The notes: generated from the letters alone by a model not told the origin. A DNA stretch of 23,538 bases from Bdellovibrio sp. (GCA_046318155.1 JBKCUU010000046.1:1-23538), one strand, 5' to 3'. Shown: positions 7,829-15,906, counted from the first letter of the stretch. Program-made: numbers and translations.

Positions 7829-8933
7829 AATTGGCCCTGAAGAGAAGTCTCGGCGCTACAAAGAAATTTCGCTCTATTTTTTGAGTCTTGGAATGACCGG
7901 CTTTGGTGGTCCACTTGCGCTCATCGCAGAAATGCAAAAAGAATTGGTCGAACGTCGCCAGTGGATTTCGCTGATCGAATTTCGCCAGGTGTTTGCGGCG
8001 ATTAAGTCCATGCCGGGCCCGGTTGCCTTTCAGGTGGCGCAGTACTTAGGAACTCGCTACAATGGCCGACTTGGCGGTTTGTTAGCCGCGACCTTGCTCC
8101 TTTTGCCCGCGACCGTGCTGATGATTTTGCTTGCGATCGTTTACGAAAACTTTCAGCAAAGCCAAGACATGCTCAATCTGATGCAGGGGTTTCAGATGGG
8201 GGCTTTGGTCTTGATTGCCCTTGCGGTGCGGTCGCTTGTGACCGATTACGTGAAAGACGTTCAATTTTGGACTCTGGCCGCACTTTCGACGCTGCTATTG
8301 GCGCAGCACCTGATTCCTGAAGTTGCTGCAATATTGATGATGGGCTTTGGCCTTGTTGCGCTTGAGCACAAATGGAAATGGCCATGGTCGAAAAAATTTG
8401 AAGCCGGGTTTTCACTTCTGCTCTTGATGTGGATTTGTTTTAAGGCGGGTGCCTTTGTTTTTGGGACAGGGCTGGCGATGGTTCCTTTGCTCGAGCGCGA
8501 TTTTGTCGTGGAGAACGCTTGGCTGACGCGTGCCCAGTTTATGGATGCACTTGCCTTTGGGCAGCTGACGCCCGGGCCGGTGTCGGTCACAGTGACATTT
8601 GTGGGCTATAAATTGGGTGGTCTTGGGGCAGCTTTGCTGGCGACGGTGGCGATTTTTTTACCGGCGGCTATTCACCAAGCCACGTGGTTTCCGCGATTTG
8701 TCGGTTGGTTGACCAAGCAAGACTGGGTCAAACCCTTTGTTAAGGGTGCAACGGCCGCGATTGTGGGTGGAATTTTGGTTTCGATCTGGGCGCTTGGACA
8801 GTCCGCTGATCATTTTCAGCTGGGGCTGTTTGCTTTGACTTTGATCATCGCACTGAAGTTCAGGTTGCCGGGATGGTTGTTTATCTTGGGGCCAGGCTTG
8901 ACTGCCATGGTGTACCTTAAGATCTTTTCGTGA
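7809..8933 (+). CDS. chrA: Chromate efflux transporter (CHR family, two-domain)
   Basis: Motifs GMTGFGG, ELVERRQWI, MPGP in the first half; FVFGTG, WLTRAQFMDALAFGQLTPGP, AIFLPA in the second half. Confidence 0.9.
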   Translation: MSPETTEIGPEEKSRRYKEISLYFLSLGMTGFGGPLALIAEMQKELVERRQWISLIEFRQVFAAIKSMPGPVAFQVAQYLGTRYNGRLGGLLAATLLLLPATVLMILLAIVYENFQQSQDMLNLMQGFQMGALVLIALAVRSLVTDYVKDVQFWTLAALSTLLLAQHLIPEVAAILMMGFGLVALEHKWKWPWSKKFEAGFSLLLLMWICFKAGAFVFGTGLAMVPLLERDFVVENAWLTRAQFMDALAFGQLTPGPVSVTVTFVGYKLGGLGAALLATVAIFLPAAIHQATWFPRFVGWLTKQDWVKPFVKGATAAIVGGILVSIWALGQSADHFQLGLFALTLIIALKFRLPGWLFILGPGLTAMVYLKIFS

Positions 8934-9603
8934 AGAACTCGCGGTACAAATCCATCACCAAAGCGGCCATTCGATTTTTGACGATTTCGGTTTGATTGAT
9001 GAATTTCAAGCCGACCGAATGATGATCGTCTTTGTCAGGATGTGCGACGACGTGGCGAACGTTGACCTCAATCATCAAGTCATCACGTCCTGAGGTGGAC
9101 AGCGCTCCTGAAATTGTCTGATCAACCTTGAGTTCGAGAACTTTTTTCTTCACTTCAGCGCGGCAGCCACCCGCACTGACATCGATCATCGAGCAGCTGA
9201 CTTTTCTTCCATCAACATGTAAAATGAGTCTTCCTTGAAAGCTTCGAGGGAGGCGAAGGCGAAAATCCTCACGCCGCTGCACTCGAAACAGAGCTGTGTC
9301 GAAATTCAAAACCAGGAAATCGTTGGCTTTGTGGTGTTTCACCTGAGCGATGTACTTGTATTCGTAGTGATCAAATTGAACAATCAAGCTGTCATCGAAC
9401 TGATCGAGGAGGGCTGTCCCCACAACTTTGCAAACAACCTCATGACCGGTCAGAGATTGGGGACTCACTAAAAAGACAAATCCCATGGGGGATAGGCCTT
9501 TGACTTTAATTTCGGCGGACTCTCGAACGAGGTCCTCGATAACTTTGTATTTTTCGACAGGATCTTTCAATTCGACAAAGACATCTTCGGACTTCTTGCT
9601 CAT
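8917..9603 (-). CDS. PilZ-domain c-di-GMP receptor (YcgR-like two-domain architecture)
   Basis: QRREDFR (RxxxR) and IDVSAGGC (DxSxxG), C-terminal VGLKF, preceded by an N-terminal beta-rich domain. Confidence 0.9.
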   Translation of the reverse strand: MSKKSEDVFVELKDPVEKYKVIEDLVRESAEIKVKGLSPMGFVFLVSPQSLTGHEVVCKVVGTALLDQFDDSLIVQFDHYEYKYIAQVKHHKANDFLVLNFDTALFRVQRREDFRLRLPRSFQGRLILHVDGRKVSCSMIDVSAGGCRAEVKKKVLELKVDQTISGALSTSGRDDLMIEVNVRHVVAHPDKDDHHSVGLKFINQTEIVKNRMAALVMDLYREFFTKRS

Positions 9604-9614
9604 GGGGTCAATTT

Positions 9615-9884
9615 TCAGGCCGCCTTCTTGAGTTGTAAACCTTTTTTAAGCGCTAGGGACTCTGACTCTTCGGTCAGCATATCTTTTTGAGCACTGTATT
9701 TCTCGATCTTCAGTGAACGCAAATGAAACTGCGGACTCTTGGTACGGCTTTTTTTGTAGTGTTCTTTTTTTATGAATTCGACAAGTCGAAGGAGACCTTC
9801 GTTGGATTGGGTGTCGCCGAACCCAGATCTCTCGGTGTTCTCGCCAGACTCATCGGTGGCCAAGGCCGGAAGGGGTTTTCGCAT
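9615..9884 (-). CDS. Small hypothetical protein
   Basis: 89-aa ATG ORF, co-oriented with and 11 bp upstream of the PilZ gene; fills the gap; no recognisable motif. Confidence 0.55.
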   Translation of the reverse strand: MRKPLPALATDESGENTERSGFGDTQSNEGLLRLVEFIKKEHYKKSRTKSPQFHLRSLKIEKYSAQKDMLTEESESLALKKGLQLKKAA

Positions 9885-9933
9885 ATCACCAGATTAGCAG
9901 AAATTGACAAAGCCTTCGACAAAAGTCGAGTTC

Positions 9934-9999
9934 GCGGCTCAAGGTGAGAGCTGAGCCTGCGGCTCAAGATGAGAGCTGAGCCTGCGGCTCAAGATGAGA
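9934..9999. repeat. 25-bp tandem repeat, about 2.6 copies (GCGGCTCAAGRTGAGAGCTGAGCCT)
   Basis: Units start at 9934, 9959 and 9984 (partial); one mismatch between copies 1 and 2; each full unit contains the inverted repeat GGCTCA/TGAGCC. Confidence 0.92.
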
Positions 10000-10759
10000 C
10001 AGACCGCTGCATCGAAGCGGAGAGGGCAACGCCCCACAAGATGCTGAGCCAGATTAGAAAAATCCAGAGGAGTGAGGCTGGAATCGCAGCTAGGCTGCCG
10101 TAAACTTTGCCGTAGCTAAAGACCTGTGCGCTCATAAACTTAAAGGAACGTTCAAGGACCCATAGCAAAACCGTCGAGAACACGGACCCAACAATCGCGG
10201 CATTCCAAGAGACTTTGAGGGAGGGCAAAAGTTTGAGCAGGAGTAACAAAACTAAAAAGATCACCAAAAAGCCCGAGCCAAAAGGAAGAATCTGCGACAA
10301 GGGTTGGGCAATTGTCTTGGCAGAAAAGACCGCCACCCAAAGCGCCAGTCCAAACGGAAACAAAATCAGAAACATCCACGAGAAGAAAAGGCGCTTAGCC
10401 AAAGGACGTCGGTTCTTGACTTGCCAGATCCGGTGAAAGGCGCGTTCGAGTTCAAACATCATGCGCGTTGAAGTCAGAATCAGGATAAATGCGCCAAAGG
10501 ATCCAATTTTTCCGCTCTGAATGCGGCCGATGACCTTGCGAACCAGGGCCACGCCTTCATTGCCGGCGGTGCCTTGCAGATTTTGCAGTAAAAAGAATTC
10601 GACCTTGGGGGTCAGCGCTTCAAGGGCGTGGAAGTAGTTGAGGGCCGCGAGAGTCACGGCCACAAATGGGATCAGGGCGAGAACCGTTGTGAATGAGAGT
10701 GCGGCTGCGGTGAGGCCCAGGTCTTCGTGCGTGATGAGAGACCAAAACCTCTTCAGCAT
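9989..10759 (-). CDS. YihY/virulence factor BrkB family membrane protein
   Basis: Motifs AAALSFTTVLALIP, ERAFHRIW, YGKVYGSLAAIPASLLWIFLIW; multiple TM segments. Confidence 0.9.
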   Translation of the reverse strand: MLKRFWSLITHEDLGLTAAALSFTTVLALIPFVAVTLAALNYFHALEALTPKVEFFLLQNLQGTAGNEGVALVRKVIGRIQSGKIGSFGAFILILTSTRMMFELERAFHRIWQVKNRRPLAKRLFFSWMFLILFPFGLALWVAVFSAKTIAQPLSQILPFGSGFLVIFLVLLLLLKLLPSLKVSWNAAIVGSVFSTVLLWVLERSFKFMSAQVFSYGKVYGSLAAIPASLLWIFLIWLSILWGVALSASMQRSVSS

Positions 10760-10766
10760 TGTTGTG

Positions 10767-11597
10767 TTATCGCGTACCTGCGGGCACTAGCGATCCTGCA
10801 GGGGGCGAGTTGTAATTAATGATGGGAGCCGGCGAAGCCGTGGCTTGGACGCAAACGGAGACAGGAGTGACGGGAGTCGCCTTTAGTTTCGAGCAGCACC
10901 CTGATTTATAAGAGTCAGCTGTATTTCCGCCGTCCCAGCAGCACTCGGGAGTTTTGCCGCACTTGTTACCGCTAAAGAAAAAATAACCGACAGCGGCACC
11001 TAAGGCACCGCCCAGGAGAGCTCCGGTCGTGCCACCCAAAAAGTAGCCACCCGCAGCACCTAGGGCGCCGCCAAGGAGCAAGGGCATCCAGTCGATTTGA
11101 GCATGTGCTTGAGGAACCAAGAGGTTAAACAAGCCAGCCGCGGCAGATTTGGGTTTGCCATAGTCTTCGGTCAGAATTTTTTCGATTTTGCTGACAAGGC
11201 CTTTCACTGTCGAGAGATCTTTTTTGGTCAGCACGCGCTTATTGATCGAGATCACGTTGCCCGCAGATTCAGATTTGATTTTCATGACAAGCGTCATGCC
11301 CTCGTAACTATACGTAACGGTATCGCCGTCGACCTTTGTGTGAGGAGCTTTGAGTTTTCCTTTATTCTCGAGAAAGGGCGAAAAATCTTGAGCCACCTCG
11401 GCGGGGAGAAACTTGGCCATGCGGTTGTAATAGGCGGCCAGGTTTTCGGTTTCGGGGCCTTCTTGCAAGACCGCCAAAAACTCCCGGGTACTGGGGGATA
11501 GGTCAAACTTGCTTTTGCCCATGGCGGCCTGTGGAATCGACGCGATCAACAAACTCAAAATTGCTGCAAACGTCATTAAGAATCGAATCATCTTCAT
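10767..11597 (-). CDS. Secreted hypothetical protein with a glycine-zipper duplication and Cys-rich C-terminus
   Basis: GGGGG RBS-like tract upstream of ATG 11597 (ATG 11603 is an alternative); signal peptide MKMIRFLMTFAAILSLLIASIPQAAMG; LLGGALGAAxGYF twice; six C-terminal Cys. Confidence 0.75.
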   Translation of the reverse strand: MKMIRFLMTFAAILSLLIASIPQAAMGKSKFDLSPSTREFLAVLQEGPETENLAAYYNRMAKFLPAEVAQDFSPFLENKGKLKAPHTKVDGDTVTYSYEGMTLVMKIKSESAGNVISINKRVLTKKDLSTVKGLVSKIEKILTEDYGKPKSAAAGLFNLLVPQAHAQIDWMPLLLGGALGAAGGYFLGGTTGALLGGALGAAVGYFFFSGNKCGKTPECCWDGGNTADSYKSGCCSKLKATPVTPVSVCVQATASPAPIINYNSPPAGSLVPAGTR

Positions 11598-11828
11598 AGT
11601 CATAACCCCCGGCCTTTGCGGCCAGCCTTTATTCTGGGCTGAAAACCAAAGTCTGATCAAGCCCAGTTCAGAGCAAGAATCTCAATTTGAATTGGTGGGG
11701 GACTTTGCCCTGAGGCCTGTCTCATTTTGAGATTGCGGAAGACCCGCCCTTGGGCGGAGGATCGTGGCTTGACATTGGGGTCCAAATTGAAGATTTTGAT
11801 GACCTTAACCAGACAAGAACTCACTCGG

Positions 11829-11915
11829 GCCCGGGTGGCGGAACTGGTAGACGCGCTAGTTTCAGGTACTAGTAATCGTAAGGTTGTGCAGGTTCAAGTC
11901 CTGTCCCGGGCACCA
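11829..11915 (+). tRNA. tRNA-Leu (anticodon CAG)
   Basis: Acceptor stem GCCCGGG/CCCGGGC plus ACCA; D arm GCGGAACTGGTAGACGC; anticodon stem CTAGT/ACTAG with loop TTCAGGT; long variable arm; T arm GCAGG-TTCAAGT-CCTGT; 87 nt. Confidence 0.97.
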
Positions 11916-11916
11916 A

Positions 11917-12141
11917 TTGTCACAGGTTCAAAAAACCAATAGATTTCGAATAGATGCAATCGACCTAAAACCTGCGCATGTTCATGTTATTGGTCCTGAT
12001 GCAGAAGCCAAGTTTGATATATCCACCATGGAATGTACTGAAAATCATGGGTTTTCGGAGAAGTCAGTGAAGCGAATTAAACAATATTTTAATGAACGAA
12101 AAGATCGTCTGCGGGAGGCATGGGATGAGTACCAAGAATAA
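11917..12141 (+). CDS. DUF4160-family (DhiT-like) putative toxin, possibly 5'-degenerate
   Basis: Motifs PAHVHV..AEAKF.I, GFS...K.I and C-terminal EAWDEY are typical of DUF4160. The only full-length start outside the tRNA is TTG 11917, with no RBS. Confidence 0.65.
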   Translation: MSQVQKTNRFRIDAIDLKPAHVHVIGPDAEAKFDISTMECTENHGFSEKSVKRIKQYFNERKDRLREAWDEYQE

Positions 12142-12379
12142 GAAAATTTCTTATGGCAATGTTGAAGTTCCTGAGAGCGCCTTTAATCCGAAAAATATCA
12201 AAGAGCGCATTACCATCATGCTCGATCAGGATATTTTAGATGCCTATCGGACTAAGGCAAAAAAAGCAGGAGATAAATATCAATCTTTGATCAATCGCAC
12301 TTTGCGAGAGGCTCTGGGGCAGCCCGGTCTTGAAAAAAGAGTTGAGCGCCTTGAGCAAAAGATGAAAAAATTAGGATAA
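12125..12379 (+). CDS. BrnA/DUF4415-like ribbon-helix-helix antitoxin
   Basis: GGAGG RBS before ATG 12125; KERITIMLDQDILDAYR..A...GDKYQSLINRTLREAL matches the BrnA-type RHH pattern; overlaps the upstream gene by 17 nt. Confidence 0.8.
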   Translation: MSTKNKKISYGNVEVPESAFNPKNIKERITIMLDQDILDAYRTKAKKAGDKYQSLINRTLREALGQPGLEKRVERLEQKMKKLG

Positions 12380-12581
12380 TTTCATTGAGCAGAACAGTGC
12401 CAGGCAAATGCCTCGCTTGCTCCAATGAGGTTTCCAACTCCAACCCAGCTCCCGAGTTTCTGGCGCAGCGCCCTTAATTCCGTGCTCGAAAGGATCTTCG
12501 CTTCGGGATAACACTCGTATTCAAATAAAAACAGCGCGCACGCCTGCCCAAGGTGTTCGTCTACTTGTTCGACCTGCGTAC

Positions 12582-12605
12582 CAAATTTCGCGCTAGCGAA
12601 ATTTG
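12582..12605. other. Perfect 10-bp inverted repeat (operator or hairpin)
   Basis: CAAATTTCGC-GCTA-GCGAAATTTG. Confidence 0.6.
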
Positions 12606-12810
12606 TATCGATTCTCTGATTTCTGGTTTCACGAGCATCCGCAACTTAGGATGGAGTCAGGGGCTTTGACGGCTCCTACGAGTATTCGCATTTACGTTTT
12701 ACAAAAAAAGAAATTGAAATCGATTTTGATAAAAAAGTAGGATGGATAACAACGGCCTCTCCGCTTCAAACGTCAACGAAACTAGGGAGAAGCTCTTTTA
12801 AGGAGATGAC

Positions 12811-13854
12811 ATGCCTCAAACAAAATCATTCGCAGCTTATTCTGCCGCCGAGCCCTTAAGGCCCTATACCTTCGATCGTCGCGAACCCGATGCAAATGAT
12901 GTTCTTATTGAGATCCATTACTGCGGTGTTTGCCACTCGGATTTGCACACCGTGCGAGGGGATTGGGGTCCACAAAAGTATCCGCTGGCACCGGGTCACG
13001 AAATTGTTGGCAAAGTGGTCAAGGCCGGCAAAAAAGTAACAAGATTTAAAGTCGGTCAAAACGTAGGCGTTGGTTGCATGGTGAACTCGTGCAGCAAATG
13101 CAAATCCTGCAAAGAAGGCGAAGAACAGTTTTGTGAAAAAGGGGCGACATTTACTTACGGTGCAGCGGACCCAAAAGAAAAGGGTGCAGTGACTCAAGGC
13201 GGTTACTCGAGCCTGATCACGGTGGATGCAAAATTCGTCTTAAGCATGCCCAAAAATATGCCGCTCGATCAAGCGGCTCCTTTGCTTTGTGCCGGTATTA
13301 CCACCTATTCACCTCTGAAGCGGTGGAAGATAAAGAAAGGTCAATCCGTCGGGGTTGCGGGACTCGGCGGACTTGGTCACATGGCGGTCAAATTCGCGCG
13401 TAGCATGGGCGCAAAAGTAACCGTACTCAGCACATCTGAAAAAAAACGTGGGGACGCGCTTAAGTTGGGTGCCCACAAATTTGCGGTCACAAAAACTCCC
13501 GAAGATTTTGCGGCCCTTGCGGGAACTTTTGATTTTATTCTGGATACAATCTCGGCCGATCACGATTACAACGCTTACTTAGGTTTGCTTAAAAAAGGCG
13601 GAACGCTGACGCTGGTGGGAGTGCCAAATCCCCAGCCCTTAGCTTCGGGTTCTTTGATCTTTGGCCGTAAAATCTTGAATGGTTCGCTGATCGGCGGCAT
13701 CAAAGAGACGCAAGAGATGTTGAACTACTGCGGAAAACATAAAATTGTTTCCGACATCGAGCTCATCCCAATGCAAAAAATCAATACGGCCTATGATCGA
13801 ATGCTCAAATCCGACGTGAAGTACCGATTTGTAATCGACATGAAGACGCTCTAG
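12811..13854 (+). CDS. Zn-dependent NAD(P)H alcohol dehydrogenase (cinnamyl ADH/YahK-like)
   Basis: Motifs CGVCHSD, GHEIVG, structural Zn CxxCxxC...C, APLLCAGIT, GLGGLG, YRFVID; AAGGAG RBS. Confidence 0.95.
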   Translation: MPQTKSFAAYSAAEPLRPYTFDRREPDANDVLIEIHYCGVCHSDLHTVRGDWGPQKYPLAPGHEIVGKVVKAGKKVTRFKVGQNVGVGCMVNSCSKCKSCKEGEEQFCEKGATFTYGAADPKEKGAVTQGGYSSLITVDAKFVLSMPKNMPLDQAAPLLCAGITTYSPLKRWKIKKGQSVGVAGLGGLGHMAVKFARSMGAKVTVLSTSEKKRGDALKLGAHKFAVTKTPEDFAALAGTFDFILDTISADHDYNAYLGLLKKGGTLTLVGVPNPQPLASGSLIFGRKILNGSLIGGIKETQEMLNYCGKHKIVSDIELIPMQKINTAYDRMLKSDVKYRFVIDMKTL

Positions 13855-13858
13855 TCAC

Positions 13859-14737
13859 CTATTTCAAAACCAGAATGGGAACGTTACTGCCTCTTACAAT
13901 TTGACGAGTAATACTGCCGCCCATAAGCGCTGCCAAGGGGCCAGCTTTTGCGCTAACAGCCACGAGATCTATTCTCTTCTTTTTCATATTCTCAAAGATT
14001 AGATCAGAAGTTGCCTTAAACTCAGAGGCGACAATCACATCAACAGAAATGCCCGAGCGCTGGCACTCTTGCTCGATCCACGTTTTCATTCGATCGACTT
14101 TCCTTCGATAGGCGTGAATTTTCGGATTGGATTCATCCCCAGACCATTTATAAATCACTTCTGCTTGATGAAATACGGTGAGATCTGATTCTAGTTTTTT
14201 ACAATAGGCGAGAACAGTTTTCAGATGCTTTTTTGAGGCGGGACTAAAGTCACTCGTGTAGAGTACATTTTTAATTCTGGGTGCTACTTTGGTTTGTGGA
14301 TTGAAAATCAGTAAACTTAATTTACTTCTATGAATTGCCGTTTCAGCGAAGCTTCCGATGGCAAGACGTAAATAGCCCTTTCTGGCGTGCGTGAAAAGAC
14401 CAATCAGATCTGCGCCTCGATCAGAGGCAAGCTTCAAAAGGCGGTCCACAGATTTTGTGTTAGACATAGTTGGATAGTCGATGACATGGATATTTCTATC
14501 CTCCTGTTTTATTCGCGCCTTTTTTAACTCTTGTTTTATCAACCTACGCGGATAAATACTGAACCGCTCATCTTCTGGGATATCAAAAGCCAAATTGAGT
14601 GAAGATTCAGTGCGGGTAACAACAAACCCCACCTCAACCTTCGATGGCGAGCCAACGAGAAGACTGAGGGTGTCGTGCATGCCCTTTAGTCTCTTTTCAT
14701 CTTGGTGAAACGGTTCAAATGCCCACAGTGCTTTCAT
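13859..14737 (-). CDS. Tandem-domain universal stress protein
   Basis: Motifs AIGSFAE, NVLYTSDFSPAS, DLVAV, MGGSITRQIVRGSNVPILVL; AAGGAG RBS upstream. Confidence 0.85.
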   Translation of the reverse strand: MKALWAFEPFHQDEKRLKGMHDTLSLLVGSPSKVEVGFVVTRTESSLNLAFDIPEDERFSIYPRRLIKQELKKARIKQEDRNIHVIDYPTMSNTKSVDRLLKLASDRGADLIGLFTHARKGYLRLAIGSFAETAIHRSKLSLLIFNPQTKVAPRIKNVLYTSDFSPASKKHLKTVLAYCKKLESDLTVFHQAEVIYKWSGDESNPKIHAYRRKVDRMKTWIEQECQRSGISVDVIVASEFKATSDLIFENMKKKRIDLVAVSAKAGPLAALMGGSITRQIVRGSNVPILVLK

Positions 14738-14874
14738 GTTCTATTCTCCTTTTTTATTCATCAGGTTGAAGTGAGTGCTAAGCCAAGCTTTTGGTTCATA
14801 ACGAAGTCTCCATGGACAAATTGTCTCAACGGTGAGGCAACTCTGTCCTAACACGCAACTTCAAATTCATCCTA

Positions 14875-14890
14875 AGCAAGCTTAAATCCA
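14875..14890 (-). promoter_or_regulatory. Candidate sigma54 (-24/-12) promoter for the USP gene
   Basis: The minus strand reads TGGATTTAAGCTTGCT, giving GG and GC at the spacing of the consensus TGGCAC-N5-TTGC; about 140 bp upstream of the USP ATG. Confidence 0.45.
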
Positions 14891-15096
14891 TATCTACTCC
14901 CTGATAGCAGGCGGCATGCCAATTTCTCGAAACTTGTCGGGCAGGCGCTAGAGATCGTAAAGATACAGATGCCGAAGTAAATCCTTTTGCGCAAATTTTG
15001 GGATGAATCTGCTTCCCACTTCAAATGGACTTCCAGATTTGTTTCTGTGAGATTCTGAGACGGTTCTCTAAATCTGAAAATTTGAATGGGTCTGCC

Positions 15097-15837
15097 ATGT
15101 ATAGTCCGGTCAAAGATGGGATCTTGAAAACGGCAAAGTCAGTTTCTTACAATGAAGCTGGCCCCCCAGTGAATTTGCGCGATCTCGTGCATTGTTTTTG
15201 GGAGCTTAAGACTGAAAATCTTTTGCCGGATGATTTTTGTTACCATGTTTTGCCTGATGCTTGCGTCAACATCTTGTTTAACCAAATTGACACAAACATC
15301 TCTGCAATCACGGCTCTTCATACGAATTTCAAAGTGCTTAATCTTGGCAAATCATTTCACTATGTCGGTGTTCAGCTACTTCCTGGCGTCTGGCGAGGAG
15401 ATCCAGATCAGATTATCAGTCGATTTGTGGATCAACCCTATGAGGGTCACCTGCCGTTGCTTGAGACAAGCAATGAAATGGCCTCGTTGAATTTTTCTGG
15501 GAAGCAGGGAGTTCTCACCAAGCTCATCGAAAAACTAGTTCGTGACGAAATAGTAGCCGCCAATCGTGTCGTCGCCAAATTGCTGACAAGTATTGATGAA
15601 ATTCATTCAGTGAAAGAGATGGCGAACCTAGCGAAGATGTCGCCCCGGCAGCTGCAACGAACTCTCAAGCAAACAACAGGATTCACGCCGCACGATTTTC
15701 TGAAGGTGTTGCGATTGCAGCAGACCTTTAAGCAGGATTATCTAGCCCACTACGCCGACCAGTCCCACTTTATTCACTCTTTTCGGAAAATGACGGGCTA
15801 TACACCAACGAAATACACAAAAAAATTTGATGTCTGA
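15097..15837 (+). CDS. AraC-family transcriptional regulator (DUF6597-type N-domain)
   Basis: LVHCFWEL and VLPDACVNILF N-terminal domain; HTH MSPRQLQRTLKQTTGFTP; YADQSHFIHSFRKMTGYTP. Start ATG 15097 preferred over 15025. Confidence 0.9.
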   Translation: MYSPVKDGILKTAKSVSYNEAGPPVNLRDLVHCFWELKTENLLPDDFCYHVLPDACVNILFNQIDTNISAITALHTNFKVLNLGKSFHYVGVQLLPGVWRGDPDQIISRFVDQPYEGHLPLLETSNEMASLNFSGKQGVLTKLIEKLVRDEIVAANRVVAKLLTSIDEIHSVKEMANLAKMSPRQLQRTLKQTTGFTPHDFLKVLRLQQTFKQDYLAHYADQSHFIHSFRKMTGYTPTKYTKKFDV

Positions 15838-15906
15838 TTTCTACAATATTACTTCCCTATGATCGGCTACTCTAAGCCAGGACCAATAAAATGAAAGGGA
15901 CAAAGA

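Noticed and set aside
9934..9999. Mini CRISPR array
   Set aside because: The repeats are head-to-tail with no spacers, and there are no cas genes in the window.
11769..11800. sigma70 promoter for the tRNA
   Set aside because: TTGACA is present at 11769, but there is no convincing -10 at 16-18 bp spacing, so it is not listed as a feature.
11727..11942. 71-aa ORF across the tRNA
   Set aside because: It overlaps a complete tRNA-Leu cloverleaf.
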